IMG/VR virus record: IMGVR_UViG_3300021256_000075
Location: 1-64,000 of that record
Direction: 5' to 3' (one strand)
Source of the DNA: a virus
Taxonomy: Duplodnaviria > Heunggongvirae > Uroviricota > Caudoviricetes
Length of the DNA stretch: 64,000 nt
In this document: piece by piece, positions 46,447 to 55,905 of the stretch
Layout of the letters: each line of letters begins with the position of its first letter
Numbering within the stretch: position 1 is the stretch's first letter
Program-made: the position numbers and the translations under genes
The notes under the pieces: model-generated
Databases searched by the model: none
Seen by the model: the letters and a program-made list of their open reading frames with translations, nothing else
Told to the model about the DNA's origin: nothing

Positions 46447-49444
46447 GTACAGTGCCATTGTTGAGCAGATTTATGCTGATATGCAAGCAAAGGGCTACAA
46501 TGGCACAATGGCAGACTTGGCACTTGCTCTGAGCACTCTCAACGATGACAATCCGGCTACGACAAAATGGATTGATCTTGGTGCAAGCTCTGCTTATGCC
46601 ATTTATGTGGAACACGGTGGTACAATGTCGGAGGCAGAGTGGATTGAGTACCTTTCCACCGTTTCTGAAAAGTCTGCGCAGGCGCATACTGATGCACAGA
46701 GCGCCAAGGAATCTGCGGAAGCGGCAGAACAGGCAAAAACCGATGTAACGGAAGAAGCCGAACAGGCTATTACCAACATTCAAACTGAAGGGCAAACGCA
46801 AATTACTGCCGTGACCAACAAAGGTACTGAGCAAGTCGGAGCAGTTAACACGGCAGGAACTACACAAGTAAATGCCGTGAATGCCGCAGGGACAACGCAA
46901 GTCACTGCTGTGAATACTGCCGGAAGTACACAGGTAACGGCGATTCAAGCGCAAGGAACAACTTCCAAAGATGCTGTAACTGCTGAAGGCGAAAAACAGA
47001 TAGAACGTGTATCGAATCAAGGTACTGCGGAAGTGCAAGCTGTAAGCGGAGAAGGCACGAGGCAAACTGGCCTTGTAACTACTGAGGGAACAAGGCAAGT
47101 AGGACTTGTTACCACCGAGGGTACAACTCAAGTCACTGCCGTAGAGACAAGAGGGCAGGAGATCATTGATTCTCTTCCCGAAGATTATACCGAAATCCAA
47201 ACCGAGGTTGCTAGTTTAAAAAGCGCAATCATTCAGAATAATGATATGCAAGATGCTTCGCTCTGGTCATATGGACTTCTGAATGTAACAAACGGTAGTG
47301 TTGACAGTACAAACCATACAAAAATTGCTTCTGATTGGATTCGTGTTAGTAAAGGCAGTACATTGTCAGTTGATAGCGGTTACAAGTTTTCCTGCATTAT
47401 CAATAAACAGCCAATTGAAGCCGCATCATATAGGCTTGAAAACAGGTCAATGGGTACAGGGGCATTTACTGCTAATAATGATGGATATATTCGTGTGTGT
47501 TTGAGCTTGGTGTCTAATGAGGAAACGGATATATCTATCAGGACGTACCTTAAAGCTAATATTATTCAAAACAAAGTAAGCGAAAATGCCTTAGATATCG
47601 GTATCGTAGATGATAAAATAGACGATGTTCAAAATGGATTGATTAATTCCCAGAATGGAGAATTGTATTTTGAAAAGATTTTAGACTCTTATGTAGCAAC
47701 AACAGGTGTTATTACAGACTTCACAGGTTGGGAAAGAACAGACTACATTCCTGTTTCTAATATTGCTTCAATTACCGTCACAAAAACAACAGCATCAGTC
47801 TATAATGTGTTCTTTGATAGTAGTAAAGTTAAAGTTTCAAGTTTCAACACACCTATAGGCACAAAAAATATTGCAGTTCCGAGCAATGCCGCTTATGTGA
47901 TTTTAAGTGATACAAAAGCAGGTATGGAAAGTACGGTTATCACTTTTACATCCAAAAAAGAAAACGAGATTAACAATATCAGTAAATCTGTTGTAGTTAT
48001 CAATCCATATTTGCAAGAAAGATACAGTGGCGATGTTATAGAAGGTGAAAATCTTGTACCAAACGGAATATTTTTCAGATTCGATGCGATAGAAGTAAAC
48101 ACTAACACGGGGATTTATACTTCAGATTGGGCAAATTTCTTATCTGACCTATCAGAATCTTTTGGTGCAAGCAATCCTGTTAACGCACCTGTTGTATCTT
48201 ACGACTACACAACAAATTGTGCGAGAATGAGCAGGACATACAGTATCGTATTTAATACCGCTACTGATAAATTTGAGTTAGTTAGAACTCTTTATACATA
48301 CTCAAATACTCAGGTAATAATTGTCGGTGTAGATAATTCTAATGTTCCGTTCGGGGCATTATATGAACAGGCAAAGCTTTCAGAAAAACGCGGACTTAAA
48401 TGCTACAGAGATAAGTTTCTGGAAATAGAAGAAACGGCATTAACAGGAAACCATGATTTTATGTTTACGTTCGCAACTGATTGCCATTTCCCGTCTGATG
48501 ATGAAAAAACGTATTACAACCCAACAAACGAAGTAATAAAAGCTATTAATGATAACTTTCATGTCGATGCAATTATTAACGGTGGTGACTCTGATATTTA
48601 CGGCAGTAAAAAGAGAACTTATGCTCTTGGATGTTACGACCATATTTTCAAAAACTTACCGCAAGATAAAGTTATATATTGCATGGGCAACCACGATTGG
48701 AACGGCGTAAGTGGCATTAGCTATCAGCAAGATGAAGATTGGATGCTTGATAACAGCATGACTAATACACTATTTATGCGGCACAATACAGATGCTGTTT
48801 TCCCCACTTCAGCTACCGATGATGTTAAGTATTTTTACAGAGATTTCACTGACAAGAAAATCCGTGTAATAGTATTGAATACATCCGATGTCGATGTGTC
48901 GTTCACAGATGGAATTGTAGACATTGACCCATTAGCCGCACTTGGAGTTAGACAGGCACAAATTAATTGGTTGACAGGAACAGCATTGAATGTGCCAGAT
49001 GACGATTGGCACATCATCATAATTATGCACGTCGGTCTGTACATAAGAGCAGAAGGTTTTCCAGATAACAATGCACTGATTAATCGTGAATCTATTCAAG
49101 CAATTCTTTCAGCATATGTTAACAAAACTACTTACACATATTCGGAGACAGACAGTACATATAACGGATACTTTGATATTAGCGGCTCTGGCTCATTTGA
49201 AAACTATCATGGTACACTAATCGGTGTATTTAGTGGGCACGCACATACTGATGGGTATTGCGATGATGATGGATTCAACGCTATTCAGACAGAGTGTTCC
49301 TACCTTGACTATAATCAGAAGCCACAAAGAATAGTGCGAACAATTGATGAAGTTGCAGTTGATTGCGTTGCTATTAATAAGACAGCTAAGACTATTACAA
49401 TTAAGCGATTTGGTTATGGTGATAGCCGCAATTATACTTACTGA
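46427..49444 (+). CDS. large fiber-like protein with 11-aa repeat stalk and C-terminal calcineurin-like metallophosphoesterase domain
   Basis: Repeats xGTxQVxAVNT; phosphoesterase motifs GGDSDIYG, GNHDWN, GHAHTD; AT-rich C-terminal half. Confidence 0.5.
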   Translation: MATPSSEYSAIVEQIYADMQAKGYNGTMADLALALSTLNDDNPATTKWIDLGASSAYAIYVEHGGTMSEAEWIEYLSTVSEKSAQAHTDAQSAKESAEAAEQAKTDVTEEAEQAITNIQTEGQTQITAVTNKGTEQVGAVNTAGTTQVNAVNAAGTTQVTAVNTAGSTQVTAIQAQGTTSKDAVTAEGEKQIERVSNQGTAEVQAVSGEGTRQTGLVTTEGTRQVGLVTTEGTTQVTAVETRGQEIIDSLPEDYTEIQTEVASLKSAIIQNNDMQDASLWSYGLLNVTNGSVDSTNHTKIASDWIRVSKGSTLSVDSGYKFSCIINKQPIEAASYRLENRSMGTGAFTANNDGYIRVCLSLVSNEETDISIRTYLKANIIQNKVSENALDIGIVDDKIDDVQNGLINSQNGELYFEKILDSYVATTGVITDFTGWERTDYIPVSNIASITVTKTTASVYNVFFDSSKVKVSSFNTPIGTKNIAVPSNAAYVILSDTKAGMESTVITFTSKKENEINNISKSVVVINPYLQERYSGDVIEGENLVPNGIFFRFDAIEVNTNTGIYTSDWANFLSDLSESFGASNPVNAPVVSYDYTTNCARMSRTYSIVFNTATDKFELVRTLYTYSNTQVIIVGVDNSNVPFGALYEQAKLSEKRGLKCYRDKFLEIEETALTGNHDFMFTFATDCHFPSDDEKTYYNPTNEVIKAINDNFHVDAIINGGDSDIYGSKKRTYALGCYDHIFKNLPQDKVIYCMGNHDWNGVSGISYQQDEDWMLDNSMTNTLFMRHNTDAVFPTSATDDVKYFYRDFTDKKIRVIVLNTSDVDVSFTDGIVDIDPLAALGVRQAQINWLTGTALNVPDDDWHIIIIMHVGLYIRAEGFPDNNALINRESIQAILSAYVNKTTYTYSETDSTYNGYFDISGSGSFENYHGTLIGVFSGHAHTDGYCDDDGFNAIQTECSYLDYNQKPQRIVRTIDEVAVDCVAINKTAKTITIKRFGYGDSRNYTY

Positions 49445-49469
49445 GCAATTTTGCACTTTAAAATAGTCA

Positions 49470-49505
49470 TAACTGCACATTGTGACTATCTTTATCTTTT
49501 TTGAC
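49470..49505 (+). terminator. rho-independent terminator
   Basis: atagtca...tgactat hairpin plus T-run. Confidence 0.4.
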
Positions 49506-49522
49506 GTTTTAAAAATAGCTCT

Positions 49523-49551
49523 TTACATGGTGATTAGAGGGTGATATAATA
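49523..49551 (+). promoter_or_regulatory. sigma-70 promoter
   Basis: TTTACA-17-TATAAT. Confidence 0.5.
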
Positions 49552-49571
49552 CCGTCCAAGGAGGTGGTATT

Positions 49572-49940
49572 ATGTCCCCGAAATCACCAGAGAATACAGA
49601 ACGTATCAATGTATTTTTCTCCAAGAAAGCACTGGAAGCACTGAAAGAAGAAGCGCTTGAACGAGGCATTGCCGTTTCTGCGCTTATCCGAATGATTGTG
49701 CTAGAATGGCTTAAAAAGTTTGAAGCGCGAGAAATGACAATGGATGAGTGGCGTAAATGGAAGGCAGACGCAAAACGCGACCCGATCTGTATGGTATATG
49801 AGAACGATGATTGCCCGATATGGGTAATGAATCCTAACGCTGTTCATGAACCTGCGCTGTTAATGGGTAAAATTAAATTGTTCGTTAACAAACCGACCCA
49901 TGAGCAATGCAGGGCGATAAAGTGGAACACTACTTTTTAA
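49572..49940 (+). CDS. ribbon-helix-helix (CopG/Arc-like) DNA-binding protein
   Basis: N-terminal RINVFFSKKALEALKEEALERGIAVSALIRMIV. Confidence 0.4.
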   Translation: MSPKSPENTERINVFFSKKALEALKEEALERGIAVSALIRMIVLEWLKKFEAREMTMDEWRKWKADAKRDPICMVYENDDCPIWVMNPNAVHEPALLMGKIKLFVNKPTHEQCRAIKWNTTF

Positions 49941-49955
49941 GATGTAAGCTTTTGA

Positions 49956-50126
49956 GGTGGTTTCATGAGTGATTTGATTCATAAAACAACCGCTGAAACT
50001 ATGGATAAGGCAGAAATTGCCGTTAGTGGAAATTGCGTAGTATGCGGGAAGCAACTTAATTGTAGGCGATTGCTTGTTTGCAGAGATTGTGAATCAAAAC
50101 GATCAGAAAAAATAGATGGTAGGTGC
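49956..50126 (+). CDS. small Cys-rich protein, partial duplicate of the next gene's central region
   Basis: VSGNCVVCGKQLN...C..C shared with 50123-50548 (about 75-bp direct repeat). Confidence 0.25.
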
Positions 50127-50548
50127 ATTCCATGACAAACGGTGAAATACTTAAAAAGTTCAAGGCACAGTACCCACAAATGGAAATCAGCGACTTCCGT
50201 CCTGCTTGCATTCCTTCCGATGGGCAATGCATAACAATATGGCTTAAAAACGGAGATGCGATAATATACTTTCCGAAGCCAGATAAAACAGAAGTTGTAG
50301 TTAGTGGAAATTGCGTAGTATGTGGGAAGCAACTTAACTATGGGCGTTTGTTCGTTTGCAAGGAATGTGAACCTTGCATGGATTTTGTTTCACGATACGC
50401 AAAAGCAGAAACCTTTAAGGAAAAAGCAAAATGTTTTATTGCAAAAGTGCTACATGCCCATGTCATTACTCCGCTTGGAAGAATCATGCTGTTACCAAAG
50501 GATTATAACAGACTTGCTATAGCAACTGGAAATGAAGATATGATTTAA
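50123..50548 (+). CDS. hypothetical Cys-containing protein
   Basis: ORF. Confidence 0.35.
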   Translation: MHSMTNGEILKKFKAQYPQMEISDFRPACIPSDGQCITIWLKNGDAIIYFPKPDKTEVVVSGNCVVCGKQLNYGRLFVCKECEPCMDFVSRYAKAETFKEKAKCFIAKVLHAHVITPLGRIMLLPKDYNRLAIATGNEDMI

Positions 50549-50692
50549 ATAACCCTTATGTGAGGCAATCTGATGGAATGGATTATTTTTGAATGGGTAT
50601 TCATTACAATTGGTATACTATTTGCGCTATGGCTTAACAAGCAGATTAAATAATCCTTTAAAGGAGCATTAAAAACAGGAGGATTGCAATAA

Positions 50693-51115
50693 GTGGGCGT
50701 TACAATCAGAGGACGGTACTTAGGAAGCCCATCGTATGACATGGGATATTTAACATTTTTCAAACTTAGATCGGATATTGCGCATACCGTATCAGAAGAA
50801 TATGGGGCACATTATGACGAAATGCCGAAAGCGTGTGCAAAAATCATTGATGTAAAGGCATATGATAGAAGGACGGAATGCTTGATTAAAAAATTCCATT
50901 GCAAGGAGAGGTTTCTTTCGTTTCTTTATCAGCCGGACGCAGAAGGAAAATTGTCTCCATTCCAGTGTAAAGCATTACTCAATCAAATTGAAAGTATGGA
51001 TAGCAAACGGTTATATGGTTATATGGCTTATCCGAAGGATTGCATGAGCATCGGCCAATTTAGAGCACTACTGCGGGAGTGCTTTGATCGAAAAGTATAT
51101 TTGGAGTGGAAGTAA
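50693..51115 (+). CDS. hypothetical protein
   Basis: GTG start after RBS aacaggagg. Confidence 0.35.
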   Translation: MGVTIRGRYLGSPSYDMGYLTFFKLRSDIAHTVSEEYGAHYDEMPKACAKIIDVKAYDRRTECLIKKFHCKERFLSFLYQPDAEGKLSPFQCKALLNQIESMDSKRLYGYMAYPKDCMSIGQFRALLRECFDRKVYLEWK

Positions 51116-51175
51116 AATAGGAGATGAAGAAAATAGGACGCATTAATATAGTCGAAGATAAGGCGGCGAAAATCA

Positions 51176-51493
51176 ATGATTGATAAACTGTATTATGACC
51201 ACTTTACCGAATCATGTGTTTTTGAAAAGGATGAAATTGCACCACCAGAACGTTATACCTTGTTTTTCCGTGGGACTGGCGAATCGTATATTGAATCTTG
51301 GTACGTTGATCATGAACGGAGCAAATGCTTGAACATAGCGTTTAATGCAGATGAGTACAACGACCCTTTGTTCCGTCAGGGAGTTATAACGCGCAGATGT
51401 GAAGAAAACAGATGTGAACTTGTAGGGCTTAGGTATATCGTGATTCCGGGTGAAAAGTTTGATGAGATTTGCGAATCACTTTATGGAGCGTAA
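51176..51493 (+). CDS. hypothetical protein
   Basis: ORF. Confidence 0.35.
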   Translation: MIDKLYYDHFTESCVFEKDEIAPPERYTLFFRGTGESYIESWYVDHERSKCLNIAFNADEYNDPLFRQGVITRRCEENRCELVGLRYIVIPGEKFDEICESLYGA

Positions 51494-51513
51494 CAAAAAT
51501 AGGAGTTTAATAG

Positions 51514-51741
51514 ATGGTAGAAGATATGTATATCCGTGCGATTGCGAAGGAAAGCACAAGTATTCCTGAAAAGCAGAAGCAACGCATTCGAGAGCGTTTC
51601 ACCAAGAAACAATTACTGTTTGAGAATCAAAGATACTATTGTCCTTATTGCAAAATGCCAACGCCGAAAATATCAAAATATTGTTGTAATTGTGGGCAAA
51701 AGGTCACACTGGATAAGCCTGCTATGGTGGTTCTTGATTGA
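51514..51741 (+). CDS. zinc-ribbon small protein
   Basis: CPYCKMP...CCNCG. Confidence 0.35.
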   Translation: MVEDMYIRAIAKESTSIPEKQKQRIRERFTKKQLLFENQRYYCPYCKMPTPKISKYCCNCGQKVTLDKPAMVVLD

Positions 51742-51800
51742 TTAAATAGGAGGATGCGTGTTGTAAAGATGCCCGGATTTTTTTTCTGGGGTGGAAGCAT

Positions 51801-51847
51801 ACCGGGCCTTCAACCCGGAGGAGTCAGTTCGAGTCTGACCGCATCCC
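51801..51847 (+). other. tRNA 3'-half-like fragment (anticodon arm + T-arm + acceptor 3' strand); possible att core
   Basis: ccggg-ccttcaa-cccgg, variable agga, gtcag-TTCGAGT-ctgac, cgcatcc; no matching 5' half found. Confidence 0.3.
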
Positions 51848-52157
51848 TGTTTCGGTAAAAATGCTATGAAGAAAATGATTTTTAACACTTTGGTTTTCTT
51901 AAGACGGCGCACGTGGAAATTCCTAATTACCACAAACCATCCGCCTTTTATCGGTTGGTTAGTGAACAAAATTGATGATATTTTGCTTGATTTGATAGAA
52001 TATGCAGAAGAAAAACTGTATCCCAACGGGCATGACAATTTAGATGAATTTTGATCAAGTTGAGCATTTCAACCCCGAAATACTCAACTTGGCTTTTAAA
52101 AAGGCTTAAAAATTGCTGTTTTCAGAAACAAGATGCGTTTTAAAAGAGGTTTGTTGT

Positions 52158-52310
52158 ATGGCACTGGACAAAGCAATCGCACATGGCAAAGAGCATAGAA
52201 AAGCCTATCGAGGAACGAAAGCTGTTGACCACTCCTGCCGGAATCATGGCGGTTGTTCGTATTGCGAGGAAAACAGAAAGCACAAGTTCCGAGACAAGCA
52301 TCCCGCATAA
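52158..52310 (+). CDS. small Cys/His-rich protein
   Basis: HSCRNHGGCSYCEENRKH. Confidence 0.3.
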   Translation: MALDKAIAHGKEHRKAYRGTKAVDHSCRNHGGCSYCEENRKHKFRDKHPA

Positions 52311-52349
52311 AAAGATGCACAAGTGAAGGAAATGCTGTAATATTAAGTT

Positions 52350-52382
52350 GCAAGTTAGTAGCAAGTTAGTAGCAAGTTGCAA
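52350..52382 (+). repeat. 3 tandem 11-bp direct repeats (gcaagttagta)
   Basis: Direct reading; followed by hairpin 52417-52448. Confidence 0.5.
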
Positions 52383-52495
52383 AGAATGAAAAACAATCCG
52401 ATTGCAAGTGTAATTCGGGTTTCTTGGCACGGCATACGAGCGATGTCCGTGCCTTGTTTAAAAGAACAAAAACTAAAGAATATTTAAAAAATAAC

Positions 52496-52524
52496 TTGAT
52501 TTAACAATTAGCTTATGTTATAAT
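52496..52524 (+). promoter_or_regulatory. sigma-70 promoter of cassette copy 2
   Basis: TTGATT-17-TATAAT. Confidence 0.5.
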
Positions 52525-52554
52525 TTAGCTGACTAAATAAAGGAGGCTAAAACA

Positions 52555-52830
52555 ATGGAAGACAAGATGATTCCCTACATTGCGCACGAATCCGAAGTTG
52601 CAAGACTTGAACGAATAATTAAGAGGTTATGGATTCTGTGCATCATTATTTTCGCGGCGCTGATTGCCACGAACGGAGCTTGGTTGTGGTACGAGAGCCA
52701 GTATGTTGATGAAGTTGTAACGGAAACTTATACGGCTGAATCTGAAAGCGGTGGCACTGCTATTGCGAACGGAGAAGGAAGTGTAGTAATCAATGGCGAA
52801 AGCAACAAGAACAAAGGTATCGAAAACTAG
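52555..52830 (+). CDS. cassette protein 1 (copy 2): small single-TM protein
   Basis: Homolog of 7475-7750. Confidence 0.45.
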   Translation: MEDKMIPYIAHESEVARLERIIKRLWILCIIIFAALIATNGAWLWYESQYVDEVVTETYTAESESGGTAIANGEGSVVINGESNKNKGIEN

Positions 52831-52902
52831 GGTTAAAAAGGCAAGAAAGCAAAGCAGAAAATGCAATATGTGTCATGGAACGGGATATATTAAGGTGAAG
52901 GC

Positions 52903-53118
52903 ATGAGCACTGAAGATTTCAACATTTCCGTTTCTGAAGTATCACGGTTGATAGATGAATGGATATTTAATGCAAGAGATAGGGCCATCATGAAGCGTAG
53001 GCTTTGTGATGGCATTATTTATGCTCAGATTGCAGAAGAATTCGACATGAGCGATAGACAAGTTAAAAGGATTGTTTACAGGTTGCAGGACAAGATTTTC
53101 CGGCATTTGAAGCATTGA
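52903..53118 (+). CDS. cassette protein 2 (copy 2): sigma-70 region-4-only protein
   Basis: Homolog of 8825-9040. Confidence 0.45.
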   Translation: MSTEDFNISVSEVSRLIDEWIFNARDRAIMKRRLCDGIIYAQIAEEFDMSDRQVKRIVYRLQDKIFRHLKH

Positions 53119-53231
53119 GTTTTGATAAATGGGTGGCGAAAGCCACCCTTCTTTTTTTATGTCCGAAATTGTCGCAGAAATGTCACTCTGGCGGCATTTT
53201 GACGCGAAGTAGATAAAACTATAATGCGAAT

Positions 53232-53396
53232 ATGAAAAACGATTTAGAGGCCATTTTAAGCGATTTAAGAGCAATGGGCATTTCGAAGGAAATCTGCGAA
53301 ACGATAAAACGCTATTCCAAGGCCGGAGCTTTGGAGTACGCCAAAGCACTGCTGATGGAGGACGGGCATGAGTGCATGGAAAGAGTTCCGCAATAA
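53232..53396 (+). CDS. cassette protein 3 (copy 2): small helical protein (54 aa)
   Basis: MKNDLEAILSDLRAMGISKEICETIKRYSKAGALEYAKAL; not in ORF track. Confidence 0.3.
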   Translation: MKNDLEAILSDLRAMGISKEICETIKRYSKAGALEYAKALLMEDGHECMERVPQ

Positions 53397-53754
53397 CCCT
53401 CTTGGAAAAAGTGTAGGTGATTGCTCAATTCGCGCCATATCTGCGGCACTGGGTATTGATTGGGATAAAGCATATGCATTGCTTTGCTCAAAAGGTTTCG
53501 CTATGGCAGATCTTCCGAACGCGGACTCCGTGTGGGGAAATGTTCTGAAAGAAAGAGGATTTACAAGGGAAGTAATTCCAAACTCCTGCCCAGAGTGCTA
53601 CACATTCGAAGATTTTTGCCGTGAACATCAAAAAGGTATTTACGTGTTGGGGACAGGGAATCATGTGGCAACTGTCAAAGACGGAGGACAGCTTTTTGAT
53701 TCGTGGGACAGTTCCAAGGAAGTTCCCGTATTTTTCTGGAGAAAGGACGATTGA
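53368..53754 (+). CDS. cassette protein 4 (copy 2): papain-fold Cys-His-Asp enzyme
   Basis: GDCSIRAISAAL / GNHVATV / DSWDSS. Confidence 0.45.
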   Translation: MSAWKEFRNNPLGKSVGDCSIRAISAALGIDWDKAYALLCSKGFAMADLPNADSVWGNVLKERGFTREVIPNSCPECYTFEDFCREHQKGIYVLGTGNHVATVKDGGQLFDSWDSSKEVPVFFWRKDD

Positions 53755-53756
53755 AA

Positions 53757-54221
53757 ATGGCACTTTATAACAATGGTTTTCCTGCGACTTATCCGCAGAT
53801 GTATCCGGCCTATCCTGCATATCAGCAACCGCAGAACATGCAACAGCCTCAACAAGTGCAGGGACAGAATACCGGAATTATCTGGATTCAAGGAGAACAG
53901 GCGGCAAAATCCTTCTTGATTGCTCCAAATACCACTGTACCTCTTTTCGATACTGAAAGCCAGTGCATCTATCTGAAATCAGCTGATGCAAGCGGGATGC
54001 CATCCTTGAAAATCCTTGATTACACGATACGTGACCAACGGCCGCAGAATAGCCCTGCAAACGTATTGGAGCAAGGTAAGGGGAATAGCAACTACGTCAC
54101 AAAAGCGGAATATGACGATATTGTGCGCGAAATTGGGGCACTTAAAGCGCAAGTAGAAAGCATGTCAGCAAGAAGAGCTACAAGAGCGGCAAAACGGGAG
54201 GAATCAGACGATGAGCAATAA
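53757..54221 (+). CDS. cassette protein 5 (copy 2): Q/P/Y-rich protein
   Basis: YPQMYPAYPAYQQPQNMQQPQQVQGQ. Confidence 0.5.
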   Translation: MALYNNGFPATYPQMYPAYPAYQQPQNMQQPQQVQGQNTGIIWIQGEQAAKSFLIAPNTTVPLFDTESQCIYLKSADASGMPSLKILDYTIRDQRPQNSPANVLEQGKGNSNYVTKAEYDDIVREIGALKAQVESMSARRATRAAKREESDDEQ

Positions 54222-54426
54222 CCCATTGTATCAGCAGATGAATAAGCAGAACAACGGAATGCAGGGTTTTATGCAGAGATTTCAGCAGTTCCGGCAGAGC
54301 ATGACTGGTGATCCACAACAGCAGATACAGCAGTTGATGAATTCCGGGAAGATTACGCAAGCGCAGTATAACAACGCTTACCAGATGGCAACGCAGATGA
54401 TGCGGATGCTTAACGGCGGCACTTAA
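54211..54426 (+). CDS. cassette protein 6 (copy 2): small Q-rich helical protein
   Basis: Homolog of 11336-11545. Confidence 0.4.
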   Translation: MSNNPLYQQMNKQNNGMQGFMQRFQQFRQSMTGDPQQQIQQLMNSGKITQAQYNNAYQMATQMMRMLNGGT

Positions 54427-54487
54427 CAAGGTTACAGCCTCGGTGCACAGGGGATTGTAATAGATTTTCAGAAAGGATTTTTTAACA

Positions 54488-55411
54488 ATGGCTCTTATGG
54501 ACGAAAACAATGGCGGCATGGTAATGCCTGTTGCTCCTATGGGCAACGCTTATGGAAACGGCGGAAATGATGGTTTTTTCGGTTCTAACGGCATCTGGTT
54601 TCTGATTCTCTTTATCCTGCTTGGAGGATGGGGGAACGGATTTGGCGGCGGCTATGGGAACGGCATGAACGGTGGTTTCGGTGGCCTGTATCCGTGGATG
54701 AACCAGTCCAATCAGATCAATGATGGCTTCCGTGATCAGATGATTTCTAGCAAGATTGATACCATCGGGAACAACATTGTTTCCGGCTTTGGTGATGTAC
54801 AGCTCGGAATTGCCGGAATCAACCAGAATCTGTGCCAGACTGGCAATAATGTTGTTTCTGCCGTTACTGGCGCTCAGAACGCTATTACCTCTCAGATGTA
54901 TTCTAATCAGATTGCTGATCTTGAGCGTAGCTTTGCCGCTCAGACGGCGCAGACCGCAGGAATGACGGCTCTCCAGTCTCAGCTTGCCTCTTGTTGCTGT
55001 GATAATCGTTTGGCTACGGCTGACACGAAATACACGATTGCAACAGAAGCATGCGCCACTCGTACTGCGGATGCCCAGAATACTCGCGACATTATTGATG
55101 CTCAGACTCGCGGAACGCAGGCTATTCTGGATAAGCTTTGCGCTTTGGAACTTGATGGCGTTAAGAATCAGCTTGCGGCGGCACAGCGTGAAAACGTCGG
55201 CCTCCAGAATCAGCTGAACATGGCTTCCTTCCGTGAATCTCAAGCGAACCAGAATGCTCTGTTCGCGCAGGGCATGAACGCAGAAGTTGATGCACTGTAC
55301 AATCGCCTTAAAAACTGCCCTGTTCCCACTCAGCCCGTTTACGGCAATCAGCCCATTTTCACCTGCAACGGAAATGTTGGCTGTGGCTGTGGCTGTGGCG
55401 GAGTAGCCTAA
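54488..55411 (+). CDS. cassette protein 7 (copy 2): Gly-rich membrane protein with CGCGCG C-terminus
   Basis: Homolog of 11883-12806; (GCTGTG)n codes CGCGCGG. Confidence 0.55.
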   Translation: MALMDENNGGMVMPVAPMGNAYGNGGNDGFFGSNGIWFLILFILLGGWGNGFGGGYGNGMNGGFGGLYPWMNQSNQINDGFRDQMISSKIDTIGNNIVSGFGDVQLGIAGINQNLCQTGNNVVSAVTGAQNAITSQMYSNQIADLERSFAAQTAQTAGMTALQSQLASCCCDNRLATADTKYTIATEACATRTADAQNTRDIIDAQTRGTQAILDKLCALELDGVKNQLAAAQRENVGLQNQLNMASFRESQANQNALFAQGMNAEVDALYNRLKNCPVPTQPVYGNQPIFTCNGNVGCGCGCGGVA

Positions 55412-55423
55412 TGAGGTGATACT

Positions 55424-55888
55424 ATGGCAGAATATTTATCAAGGGATGCCGTTGAGACTGTTGCTCTTAACAGTGCCATTCCGTTTATTGATTCTATTCC
55501 TTGTAACCGTGGGTATGTGTTACATCAAAGCGGATCTGGAATTTTTATCCTCCGTGGTATCGTGAACAATCCGAGAGCTTGTTTTGCTCGTTACAACGTT
55601 GAGTTTACTGGAAATATTGCCATCCCCGAAGATGGCGAAGTGACCCCTATAGCTACGGCAATCGTGGTAAATTTGGAAGCGAGGGAAGGGAGTAAAAGCA
55701 TCTTTACCCCTGCCGCTGTAGACGAGTATGGCAATGTTACAAGCAGGGCCACTATTGATGTACCTCGTGGGTGCTGTTTTATGGTTTCCGTGGAATATGT
55801 CAATGGCTCTGTAAATGATCCAACTGTAACACCGACTCCGTTAATTAACGTTGTTGACGGCAGTCTTAGTATCAGCAGAATAGCTTGA
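55424..55888 (+). CDS. cassette protein 8 (copy 2)
   Basis: Homolog of 12819-13274. Confidence 0.5.
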   Translation: MAEYLSRDAVETVALNSAIPFIDSIPCNRGYVLHQSGSGIFILRGIVNNPRACFARYNVEFTGNIAIPEDGEVTPIATAIVVNLEAREGSKSIFTPAAVDEYGNVTSRATIDVPRGCCFMVSVEYVNGSVNDPTVTPTPLINVVDGSLSISRIA

Positions 55889-55905
55889 AGAAAGGAGAAC
55901 GAAAC

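Noticed and set aside
46322-47200. 292-aa minus-strand ORF (and other long antisense ORFs: 33154-33933, 54482-55243, 55591-56508, 57898-58635, 62531-63283)
   Set aside because: They lie antisense to + strand genes that have paralog or homolog support and RBSs. The antisense ORFs are Cys/Ser/Arg-rich with no start context, so they are spurious.
51752-51848. Full-length (type II, about 97 nt) tRNA using ggatgcg at 51752 as the 5' acceptor strand
   Set aside because: The intervening sequence (T8 run, no D-arm) cannot form a cloverleaf. I interpret it as a 3'-half fragment only.
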